This document shows, one piece after another, positions 48,341-56,451 of a stretch of 64,000 bases of DNA (positions within the stretch are counted from its first letter, which is position 1; each line of letters starts with the position of its first letter). This stretch comes from an uncultured virus (IMG/VR IMGVR_UViG_3300011386_000023) (taxonomy: Duplodnaviria; Heunggongvirae; Uroviricota; Caudoviricetes), in IMG/VR virus record IMGVR_UViG_3300011386_000023. One strand, written 5' to 3'. A program made the translations under genes and the position numbers. The notes beneath the pieces are model-generated. The model was not told where the DNA came from. It did no database searches and saw only the letters and a program-made list of their open reading frames with translations.

Positions 48341-49923
48341 TAGTTTTGCTCCGCTTGAATACTTAAGTGACCCATAACTTCAGCTGCAAAAATTAAACGT
48401 GTTAATTTTTCTTGTAGAGCTGGTTCATCATCACCCGGGTAAACATCCTGAAGGAGTGCTAAAACTTCCTCTTCATTGCCAGCATTAATCTTTGCCAATA
48501 ATTGCTTGGTCCAGTCTTCAGCCGTTGTTTGGGCAGTTTCAGATTGTTCTTTTAACAACAATTGCAATGCTTGCTCTTCAACAGGCAATTGAGCAGAGTT
48601 GGCAGCAATCAAATTGTTTAGTAAATTTGGCTGGAAAGTATTCAACGCTAGGTTAGGTATTTGACTTGGCTGCTGCACAATCCCAAGTACAGGCTCTTTA
48701 TCATTAGCAGGCTGTGGAATACCTAATTTCTCATGCGCCCATGACAAAGGTATCTTCATACCAACACCAACCAGCTTCTCAAGAGAATTACTAAATACCT
48801 CCATGTCTTCAACATCGCTGGTATCAAAGTAAAACTCCGGATAACGATCTTTATGAATATTGGGGTAGTTCAATCGCATCAAATAATCAATGAGATTGTC
48901 AGTAATTGAACGTGCTAACTGTTTGGCGTCAGACTTTATCAATGCTTCAAATTGAATTTCATGCGTCTTTGACTGTGCATTTGTAGATGATTTGCCATCC
49001 GCTTGTGAAATCAAAGTGCCGCCAACAATAACTTTTGATTGAATCTGCTCAAAATACTTGATCATATTCATATGGTTAGCAGTATCACCATCAGCAGCTG
49101 ATTCAAAATCAATGCTCATCCCATTGGGAATAGTCCCACCAGCATTGCGTCCAATTAGCATAACCGCACGCTGAAGAGTCATTTTTTCTTCTTTGGTCGC
49201 ACCAGAAGGATATTTACCTATACGGATCGGCATGCCATAAATTTCTAAAAATTCCATCACATCGCGAACAGCATAATTTTTAAAAACAAATGGAAATGCT
49301 AATACCCGGTATAAGCCTGAACGACTGATGTAACCTGTTTTAGCTTGGTGTAAATGATTAAACCAGCCAAAGTCCCAGAACTCGGCACCATCTGGGGAAC
49401 CATCATTTAAACGCAAACAGTTCAATTGGTTATGGGGGGTCATGAAGTTTCGAGGGACTACATGTTCAAAGCTATCTGGAAGCCACAAATTACCTAATCG
49501 TTTCCATTGAATCTCTTGGCATGAATAACCATGTCCAACAGCATCCATCGCATTGAACAAGAACATCTCAAAGTTTTTAATATCATCAATCCACTCTTGG
49601 ACTTCTTCAGCAATTTTCTTTTCTTGTGTACTGGCATTTTTAGGTGGTTTAACGCCCCATGCAAGTTTGTTTACACCTTTTTTGCGTTTATCCATCTCGG
49701 AAAAGATATGACCGTCGCGCTCTTCCATATCACAAAACAGATCAGCCTGAGCCTGCAAATTGCCTTGCTCAGCCTCTGTCAGTAATTGATGTAATCGATA
49801 TGGTGTCATCCCAACAACTGGATGCTCTTGCCACTGATTTGACAGCCAAGATACTTCTGCGGTTTGCTGGGTTTCTAATGCAGTACGATCTTGTTTTTTA
49901 GAAGTGCGGTCTTTTTTAGCCAT
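48340..49923 (-). CDS. Portal protein (Mu gp29/DUF935)
   Basis: LFCDMEERDGHI, FLEIYGMPIRIGKY, SKVIVGGTL; ATG 49923 preferred over the track start 49959 because of promoter spacing. Confidence 0.92.
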   Translation of the reverse strand: MAKKDRTSKKQDRTALETQQTAEVSWLSNQWQEHPVVGMTPYRLHQLLTEAEQGNLQAQADLFCDMEERDGHIFSEMDKRKKGVNKLAWGVKPPKNASTQEKKIAEEVQEWIDDIKNFEMFLFNAMDAVGHGYSCQEIQWKRLGNLWLPDSFEHVVPRNFMTPHNQLNCLRLNDGSPDGAEFWDFGWFNHLHQAKTGYISRSGLYRVLAFPFVFKNYAVRDVMEFLEIYGMPIRIGKYPSGATKEEKMTLQRAVMLIGRNAGGTIPNGMSIDFESAADGDTANHMNMIKYFEQIQSKVIVGGTLISQADGKSSTNAQSKTHEIQFEALIKSDAKQLARSITDNLIDYLMRLNYPNIHKDRYPEFYFDTSDVEDMEVFSNSLEKLVGVGMKIPLSWAHEKLGIPQPANDKEPVLGIVQQPSQIPNLALNTFQPNLLNNLIAANSAQLPVEEQALQLLLKEQSETAQTTAEDWTKQLLAKINAGNEEEVLALLQDVYPGDDEPALQEKLTRLIFAAEVMGHLSIQAEQN

Positions 49924-49987
49924 GATAGATGCAAATACAATTTGAGGATTCTGCACCATTGTGAAATTTTAGCGGGCTTAAAATCAG

Positions 49988-50003
49988 GCGGAAATGCTTC
50001 CGC
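49988..50003 (-). promoter_or_regulatory. Late-promoter palindrome upstream of the portal
   Basis: GCGGAAATGCTTCCGC; -10-like CACAAT at the conserved spacing. Confidence 0.8.
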
Positions 50004-50181
50004 CCAATTTCATGCGCTCATTTGCGATTTAAGCGCCTTTTTTATTTTTACGGATCATTGCAGCAAAATACAAAACAAATGCCTTAAAGAGCGTTTATAA
50101 AGATTTATAAATCTATTTGTTCATGCTTGCCAGAGTGTGATATGAATTTGAGTTCTTTAAATCATTCTAAGGAAACAAATA

Positions 50182-50451
50182 ATGGCTAATTATTTACATG
50201 ACCAAAAATTTTTAAATCGAGGGGATATCGTACATCTAGATTGTGATACTCAATGTAATTTTATGATTATGGATAATACTAATTTTCAAAATTATCGTAA
50301 TGGGCGTCAATTCAATTACTATGGGGGACATTACACCCATTTCCCAGCACGTATAAATGTACCTCATACTGGGACATGGAATGTTGTTATTGATTTAGGT
50401 GGTGGACGCGCGAATATTCGTTACAACCTTAGCTATTTGACTGCAAACTAA
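50182..50451 (+). CDS. DUF1883-like protein, moron antisense to the late operon
   Basis: GDIV.L.....N..IMD..NFQNYRNG..F.YYGG....PARI.VP..G.WNVVIDLGG; AAGGA RBS. Confidence 0.8.
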   Translation: MANYLHDQKFLNRGDIVHLDCDTQCNFMIMDNTNFQNYRNGRQFNYYGGHYTHFPARINVPHTGTWNVVIDLGGGRANIRYNLSYLTAN

Positions 50452-50632
50452 TTTCGATTGAGGCTAAAGCATTTTCTAAAATTTGCTTTAGCTTTTTATT
50501 TATTTCAACATCATTTGTCATCAATCCCATAGGTGATCCATTAATAGGCACTGTATTGGAAAAATATGTTACATCATCTAACTGTATTTCAATATTTGAT
50601 ATATTTTTTGGTGAAATCTTAATATCCATCAT
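50429..50632 (-). CDS. 67-aa hypothetical protein convergent with the DUF1883 gene
   Basis: Preceded by a late-promoter palindrome variant; 23-bp 3' overlap with 50182-50451. Confidence 0.6.
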   Translation of the reverse strand: MMDIKISPKNISNIEIQLDDVTYFSNTVPINGSPMGLMTNDVEINKKLKQILENALASIEISLQSNS

Positions 50633-50686
50633 TTAAAACTCGTTTTAAGGTACTTCTAGTTTATTTTCAAAAGTAATTTTCAATAG

Positions 50687-50702
50687 GCGGAAACACTTCC
50701 AG
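50687..50702 (-). promoter_or_regulatory. Late-promoter palindrome variant
   Basis: GCGGAAACACTTCCAG, 55-58 bp upstream of the 67-aa ORF; -10-like TAAACT. Confidence 0.65.
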
Positions 50703-50716
50703 CCAATTATAAAAAT

Positions 50717-52276
50717 TTACCAACATCCGGCTGTATCGACCCAACCATCATAATCATCTGGGTTCGTTTCAATTTCTTCGCTAGAAGGTAGTGGAATGAA
50801 CTCAATCGGTGCTAAAGGATGGTTGCTGGCATAATCAGCCAGCAAATGGGCTATAGCACTGTCACCGTGACGATCTTTATTATTTGAATTAGATTTCCCC
50901 TGTGCTGGAATACGTGCTACACCATTAACCATCACAAAAGCCCGGTGATCTTCAATTACATCCTGATCCGCTGGCATGTTCTCAATATCACCATCTTCCA
51001 GTGAGGCTTTAAAGTGTGGTGTATTTTCACGGTACCATGCTTCAGTCAACATGATAGCTTCAATTCGCTCACCATATATAACCTGCATGGCTTCAGCTAA
51101 ATAACCACCATTACCTCCAGCATCATGTGCACCTTTGCTAAAGTTAGGCAGTATCGCAACAATAAGTTTTAGAAATTCTTCTTGTTGTTTATATGGAACT
51201 TTGAACATTTCGAACAAGAAAGGAATACGCTTTCTAGTATTGGTCTGTTCTACCAACGGCCAGAATGAACAGGCATTGACTTTACGGGCAAAGTCTAAAC
51301 CATAGTAACTGGTCGTTTTTTTTGGTAAAGCTTCAATCAATGGCTTTAAATGTTCATTAAAGAATTCCAGTACTTCAGCATTTCGAGCCTCTTCACTCAC
51401 ATTGCTAAAGTCATCCCAACCTTTAGGTGCATGAAAACGGATGACTGGTACTGTGCTGTCTTTCTTACTCTCTAATAATGAATGTGGCAGCCAGCGACCA
51501 CCACCTTTGGAGGGAACAACATCTAGCTCTTCATTGGCTGCATCGCCATAAAATCCATAAACATCATCAACCCATTCTTTTTCCTCATCAGGATCATAAG
51601 CAATGCCTTTACGTAAACAGACGGTATGACTATATAAACCTTGAGCTACAGCATCAGAGAAGGTTATACGATGAACTGACCCTTTACGCTTACCAGATCG
51701 TATTTCGTTAATCAGTTCATTAAATGGATTATCTTCACCTTCATGAGTACTAATTACTCTGACACACCCCCCAAGAATTAAGAACGCTAAAGCAGCTTTA
51801 AGCAAACCCGGCAAATCATCATGGAATGCTGCCTCATCAATAATTAGACGACCTTGACGCCCACGTAAGTTGGATGGTCGGCTGGTTAAAGCTTCAATTC
51901 GAAATCCAGAATTTGGAAAACGGATAATATAAGTCTGGATCTGTTTATCACCATCCTCCCAAATACCTTCCTCAAGTTCACTTGCAGCTAAGTCATAGAC
52001 CCTTGCCCACATTGCACAGGCTTGAATAAACTCAACTGTCATATCCTTGTTGTACCCAACATAATAGACATTTTGACCACCTGCATTTCGATCACTGGCA
52101 CATTCAAGTGTTGCATCGGCACATTCAGCCCATGTCAAACCAATACGACGTGATTTTTCAGCTACTTTCAGTGGGGTTTTATCAGACACCCATTTTTGCT
52201 GATACTTTAAAAGTACCGCTGGCACATCACTAAAAAAATCAGGCTCAAGTGATTCATGAAGAGGGTTATTTGACAT
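50717..52276 (-). CDS. terL: Large terminase (Mu gp28-like)
   Basis: EKSRRIGLTW, LRGRQG..IIDEAAFH, ISTH.G, GLDFAR, HGDSAIA. Confidence 0.93.
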   Translation of the reverse strand: MSNNPLHESLEPDFFSDVPAVLLKYQQKWVSDKTPLKVAEKSRRIGLTWAECADATLECASDRNAGGQNVYYVGYNKDMTVEFIQACAMWARVYDLAASELEEGIWEDGDKQIQTYIIRFPNSGFRIEALTSRPSNLRGRQGRLIIDEAAFHDDLPGLLKAALAFLILGGCVRVISTHEGEDNPFNELINEIRSGKRKGSVHRITFSDAVAQGLYSHTVCLRKGIAYDPDEEKEWVDDVYGFYGDAANEELDVVPSKGGGRWLPHSLLESKKDSTVPVIRFHAPKGWDDFSNVSEEARNAEVLEFFNEHLKPLIEALPKKTTSYYGLDFARKVNACSFWPLVEQTNTRKRIPFLFEMFKVPYKQQEEFLKLIVAILPNFSKGAHDAGGNGGYLAEAMQVIYGERIEAIMLTEAWYRENTPHFKASLEDGDIENMPADQDVIEDHRAFVMVNGVARIPAQGKSNSNNKDRHGDSAIAHLLADYASNHPLAPIEFIPLPSSEEIETNPDDYDGWVDTAGCW

Positions 52277-52821
52277 TAACTTGTTATCCCTAAAATCTGT
52301 TTACGGATTTCATTAGCTGTTTCTTTGGATAAGCCACTTTTCTTGACAATCTTATCCACCTCTTTAGCAGCAGCTTGCACTCGCTCTTTAACTTCTGATT
52401 CCCACTTTTTCTGGTTCACAGAAGCCTTGGCAATTTCCGCAATACCTTTACCAGCTTTTGCCATAAGCATGATGCGATCTGCCGGGTCTGCATCAGGATT
52501 TTCTGATTCTTGCAAAGCAATAAGCGCATTAAACAATTCAGTTTGAACCAGCGATAAAACAGCAGAGCTTCGCATATCACTATCATCGGGCGCAGCATCG
52601 GCAATCATCATGGCTGCTTGTGTACTGGCCTGAACCGCAGCAAGTTTTTGTTCTACTTTTTGACCGTAACGGTGTACGCTTGACTTGCTGACGTTGTAAC
52701 CACGCTCTTGCAGGATTTTTGCAATTTCTTCATAACCACAAAAACCTTGATCCATAAACCGCTTATCAAGCCAAGTTTTATCCTCAGCACTTAGTAGATC
52801 AATTGACGACTCTCTTGCCAT
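52276..52821 (-). CDS. Small terminase (Mu gp27/DUF3486)
   Basis: SSIDLL, G..VSKSSVHRYG, GLS..T...IRKQILGI. Confidence 0.85.
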   Translation of the reverse strand: MARESSIDLLSAEDKTWLDKRFMDQGFCGYEEIAKILQERGYNVSKSSVHRYGQKVEQKLAAVQASTQAAMMIADAAPDDSDMRSSAVLSLVQTELFNALIALQESENPDADPADRIMLMAKAGKGIAEIAKASVNQKKWESEVKERVQAAAKEVDKIVKKSGLSKETANEIRKQILGITS

Positions 52822-52829
52822 GTGTCACC

Positions 52830-53141
52830 TCAGTTCCAGTATTTTTCTGGACGGGCAATACCAGCTTGGCAATCAATTGTGTACTCCACAATATCAATAC
52901 CTAAACGATCAAGTTTTGCATGCCAATGACCATCAGGCTGCTTTTTAATTTCAACTAGCTTACGTTCTTCCAAATAGTCCAATTGAACATGTAATTCTTG
53001 TGGGGTTGTATCAGCGTATAAAGCACGCATTACATCAAGCAATAAAGTATCCAATGCCCCAAGTGGACGAGCTTTATCTAGGGCATTCAGCAAATGCCAG
53101 CGCATACCTTCACGACGGATTTTTTGAAGATCAAAACTCAT
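52830..53141 (-). CDS. Mu gp26-like protein
   Basis: RREGMRW.LL.AL, LDYLEER.LV, GIDIVEY...C..GIARP. Confidence 0.8.
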   Translation of the reverse strand: MSFDLQKIRREGMRWHLLNALDKARPLGALDTLLLDVMRALYADTTPQELHVQLDYLEERKLVEIKKQPDGHWHAKLDRLGIDIVEYTIDCQAGIARPEKYWN

Positions 53142-53482
53142 GGGTTAATTCCTTGCTTAATCTGAACTTTTTCAAGCTTTTCAGCTACGGCATCTAGCTT
53201 GGCTTCAATAACAGTTTGACCGCGAATATAGTCATCACGGGCAATATAACGAAATGGCATATCTGCTTGAAACTGAAGGAACTCTCGTTCGAGCTTTCGT
53301 AAGTCTTCTTGTCCCTTCAAGTGTTGGCGAGAGACTTCTTCAATTTTTTGATTTGTTGATTCAAAATTCTGCTGAATACTATTACTAATTTGATTACCTA
53401 ACAATTTAAACATTCCCCAGACTGTACTAATGACAGTCGAGAGAATGAGAAAAATTTGATAGGGTTCAAGTTGTATGGTCAT
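53138..53482 (-). CDS. Single-TM coiled-coil protein (Mu gp25-like, lysis region)
   Basis: N-terminal TM, then coiled coil, P..YIARDDY. Confidence 0.7.
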   Translation of the reverse strand: MTIQLEPYQIFLILSTVISTVWGMFKLLGNQISNSIQQNFESTNQKIEEVSRQHLKGQEDLRKLEREFLQFQADMPFRYIARDDYIRGQTVIEAKLDAVAEKLEKVQIKQGINP

Positions 53483-53862
53483 GCATCCTCCTTAACATCG
53501 GATGCTGAAGGTAACGGCTTCGCTTTACTTTGATTTATAAAACGGCCAACAAGTCCCAAAACAGCCAAAACTAAAGTTATTTTGGATTGTGCGTCTGCTG
53601 GTAATGTTGCAATTAATTCAGGTGGCAATGTGTCATAAAAAGTTTGAACCGCCACAATGCCAGCAAAGGCAACGTTACTAAACCATTTCCAACCTGTACG
53701 CCAATTGTGTACCAAGACTCCAAATTGCATGGTAGAGCCATGAACACCTTGAATATATTGAGGTTCAATAATTTTCTTAGGATTGTTCGCTAAAAGTTCT
53801 TTCTTTTGTTGTCGTAAACGACGAGAAAGCTCTTGAGGAGAAACACTATATTTTTTATTCAT
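53479..53862 (-). CDS. Putative holin
   Basis: LVHNWR..WKWFS plus two hydrophobic segments, RFINQ; follows the endolysin. Confidence 0.7.
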   Translation of the reverse strand: MNKKYSVSPQELSRRLRQQKKELLANNPKKIIEPQYIQGVHGSTMQFGVLVHNWRTGWKWFSNVAFAGIVAVQTFYDTLPPELIATLPADAQSKITLVLAVLGLVGRFINQSKAKPLPSASDVKEDA

Positions 53863-54359
53863 GGCGTATCTCCAGCTGCATAACGTAGGTTACTGGCAAC
53901 TCTACGAGTCCAACCACGACCAAATTCTGAGAATGTTTTTAGTTTTGCATAAAACTCTAGGCGCTCAGCATTGAACAAAACTAAGACATCATCGAGCGAT
54001 TTTTTATTAATTGCTCCTAAAGTAATGTCTCCAACTACACCATCATCAGCTACGCCAACTGCACGTTGTAGCATACGAATCGCATTACCAATGCCATGAT
54101 TAACAGCAGCATCAAACATTTGAAAACCAATTGCAGAATTGTATTGTGCGCATTTCGCGTGCTCCCAATATGCTTTACGGTAAATCTCTTTTGCTTGATC
54201 ACGCTTCATATAGCGCATGGAACCGATATACCCATTTTCTCGCGCTGTTTTTATTGTGATACCCCAATTGGTTTCCCCACCAGGGTCTTTAGGATTATTT
54301 ACATAGCCACCTTCATGACCAATAGTCCGTTCAAACACTTCATCAAAAGTGATAGACAT
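53859..54359 (-). CDS. Endolysin, glycoside hydrolase family 108
   Basis: HEGGYVNNPKDPGGETNWGIT, FDAAVNHG, LQRAVGVADDG.VG, FGRGW..RV. Confidence 0.93.
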   Translation of the reverse strand: MSITFDEVFERTIGHEGGYVNNPKDPGGETNWGITIKTARENGYIGSMRYMKRDQAKEIYRKAYWEHAKCAQYNSAIGFQMFDAAVNHGIGNAIRMLQRAVGVADDGVVGDITLGAINKKSLDDVLVLFNAERLEFYAKLKTFSEFGRGWTRRVASNLRYAAGDTP

Positions 54360-54366
54360 AAAAAAA

Positions 54367-54432
54367 CCTCATCAAATGATGAGGCTATGTTGCAATCTGA
54401 ACTATTTTTTTATCAGGCGGAAATGCTTCCGC
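54367..54432 (-). promoter_or_regulatory. Late (lysis) promoter: palindrome 54417-32, -10-like CAACAT, RBS hairpin 54367-84
   Basis: GCGGAAATGCTTCCGC 58 bp upstream of the endolysin ATG. Confidence 0.8.
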
Positions 54433-54442
54433 TCAGTTTTTA

Positions 54443-54994
54443 TTATTTTAACTTACAAGCATTTTCTAATGGCGAAATCACATATTGAAGCCCACGAATA
54501 TCAAAAGAAACAAACGCAACATTTTTATTTGTAGTAGTAAATTTTAGAGCTAATTTATCATGCTTCAACAAAGGATCAATCATTTCAATAGGATTACTAA
54601 AGAATAGTGTTTGTAAATCATCGCCTCTACGCATTGAATAGTCGACTGCTTTTTCAGCATCAAAACGCAAAGTGATATTTGAAGATTTATAATCTCTCCC
54701 AACAGAATCAACACTATTCTTTAATGCAAAATAAACATCAAATTTATTTTCTTGACAACGCAGAACTAAGCTTGGTCTAGTTTGAATTCCATCTAGTTTT
54801 AATGGTTCATCAGATTCGACATAAGCTAGCACCGTAAAACTATCATCAATTGGATTTTTCTCATGGTGGTATTGCCATTTATTTTGAGATACTTGTGCTT
54901 CTGAAGCTGCTTGAATTTCACCTTGCTCAGCAACTTTTTCTTTAGAACATCCAGTTAATACAAGTAGCCCAACAACTAAAATAAATTTTTTCAT
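54443..54994 (-). CDS. Lipoprotein coupled to the repressor gene
   Basis: MKKFILVVGLLVLTGC lipobox; TAATG overlap with the repressor stop. Confidence 0.85.
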   Translation of the reverse strand: MKKFILVVGLLVLTGCSKEKVAEQGEIQAASEAQVSQNKWQYHHEKNPIDDSFTVLAYVESDEPLKLDGIQTRPSLVLRCQENKFDVYFALKNSVDSVGRDYKSSNITLRFDAEKAVDYSMRRGDDLQTLFFSNPIEMIDPLLKHDKLALKFTTTNKNVAFVSFDIRGLQYVISPLENACKLK

Positions 54995-55650
54995 TAATAA
55001 AAAGTCCCGCGACTAGGTGGTATCCATCTACCAATAATTTCAACATCTGTCGATTCATTTAAATCAAGTTTCATGGGTAAATATTTTTCATTATCTGACA
55101 ACAATAACAATTCATTAAATTGACGTTGAACACGTTTAACCCAGAAATTTTCGTGATTTCTTACAACATAAATAAAACCATCAGTTAATTCTTTATCAAT
55201 CGTATTGATTAATAAAGGCTCCTTATCATGAATAGTTGGCTCCATTGAATCGCCCTTGGCATAAACGATGACTAAGTCCTTAGCATAAAGCCCATGTCTT
55301 GCGAGCCAGTCTTTTCTAAATGCCAAACGGCTAGTAGGTTCTGTTTCACCCAAACAAACTGCACCATCACCAGCAGACACCGAAACATCATAAACATTGA
55401 CTAAGTCAAACTCATAAGCAAAGTCACTATTTTGTAACTGTGGTGATTTATTACCCGTTACTATGTAACCAATATCTGCTCCAACTTCGGCAATTGCAGC
55501 TAAATATCCCGCTTTTGGTTGTGTCAAATCCTTCTCGTAATCGATCTGACTTTTCTTGGTAGTGCCTGCTAATTCAGCAAAAACTGGTTGCGTATAACCC
55601 AGTCGCTCACGCTCTTCTTTAAGTCTTGCTCCAATAGTCACAAAAAACAC
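54994..55650 (-). CDS. Phage repressor (XRE HTH + S24 peptidase)
   Basis: IGARLKEERERLG.TQ..FA; SAG.G autocleavage site, GDSMEP, VKR, SDN..Y. Confidence 0.92.
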   Translation of the reverse strand: MFFVTIGARLKEERERLGYTQPVFAELAGTTKKSQIDYEKDLTQPKAGYLAAIAEVGADIGYIVTGNKSPQLQNSDFAYEFDLVNVYDVSVSAGDGAVCLGETEPTSRLAFRKDWLARHGLYAKDLVIVYAKGDSMEPTIHDKEPLLINTIDKELTDGFIYVVRNHENFWVKRVQRQFNELLLLSDNEKYLPMKLDLNESTDVEIIGRWIPPSRGTFY

Positions 55651-55660
55651 TCCAATAATA

Positions 55661-55689
55661 TTGACAAGTAACTAAATAGTTACTAATGT
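55661..55689 (+). promoter_or_regulatory. Early promoter with palindromic operator in the spacer
   Basis: TTGACA-N17-TAATGT; AGTAACTA-AA-TAGTTACT at 55667-84; related site AGTCACTGTTTAGTTACT at 55936-53. Confidence 0.78.
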
Positions 55690-55741
55690 GGTGCTATAAG
55701 TTCTACTTAATGCAACTTTAGACACACAGAGGAAACTAAAT

Positions 55742-55948
55742 ATGCACCTAAAAACTCCCGAAGAAGTTAAACAGGAATTTATTGAACAAGGTATTCCTGT
55801 TTCATCATGGGCTGAAAGTAAAGGTTTCACCCCACAAGAAGTTTACAAAGTACTCAACGGTCAATCTAAAGGAAACTTTGGACGTGCCCACAAGATTGCC
55901 GTTGCGCTCGGACTAAAACCAGAGCCTAAACAAAAAGTCACTGTTTAG
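55742..55948 (+). CDS. Ner/Cro-like DNA-binding protein (BcepMu gp16-like)
   Basis: KTPEEVK..F...G..VSSWA...GF....VY.VLNG...G.AHKIAVALGLK; divergent from the repressor. Confidence 0.88.
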   Translation: MHLKTPEEVKQEFIEQGIPVSSWAESKGFTPQEVYKVLNGQSKGNFGRAHKIAVALGLKPEPKQKVTV

Positions 55949-55991
55949 TTACTTCGCACATATTCGCACATTTTTGCACACGGGGAAAGAG

Positions 55992-56159
55992 ATGAGACAA
56001 AAACAATTAGGAAGTATTGCATTTCGTTACCTAATCGTCTTTGTAGCGACCTTCGGATATGTCCAATGGTTCTTCGCTGAACAAGACAATGAAGTTCTTA
56101 AACAGCAACTAATGTCAATCAAGTTTACTCAAGGAGATGGGCATGAGTTCAACAAATAA
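55992..56159 (+). CDS. Small membrane protein
   Basis: One hydrophobic segment; ATG after GGGGAAAGAG. Confidence 0.55.
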   Translation: MRQKQLGSIAFRYLIVFVATFGYVQWFFAEQDNEVLKQQLMSIKFTQGDGHEFNK

Positions 56160-56439
56160 ATCGGCAGGAAAAGTTTTATCAGTCTTATTCGCTCTACGTG
56201 GTCACTACATTACTGGCGTTAGCAATAAACAACTTTCTGAAAGCCTAAATGAGTCACCAACATTTATCACACGTGCACTACAAACGCTGGAAGCAAACGG
56301 CTGGGCTGAAAAACGCGATAACGGCAACTATGCACCAAGCATGATGGCAATTCGTTTCGGCGCTTCATGCAAAGAAGAATGTGACCGCATGCAAGCTCGT
56401 ATTGATGAATACAAGCAACGTCTACAAACACAGTTTTAA
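56137..56439 (+). CDS. IclR-like winged-HTH protein
   Basis: KVLSVLFAL..G.SNKQLS..L..S...ITRALQTL...GWA. Confidence 0.75.
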   Translation: MGMSSTNKSAGKVLSVLFALRGHYITGVSNKQLSESLNESPTFITRALQTLEANGWAEKRDNGNYAPSMMAIRFGASCKEECDRMQARIDEYKQRLQTQF

Positions 56440-56451
56440 TAAGGGTTCGTT

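Noticed and set aside
34707..54432. Repeated palindrome as a CRISPR array or REP element
   Set aside because: Copies are kilobases apart with no spacers or cas genes, and each sits at a fixed distance upstream of a late gene, which fits promoter elements.
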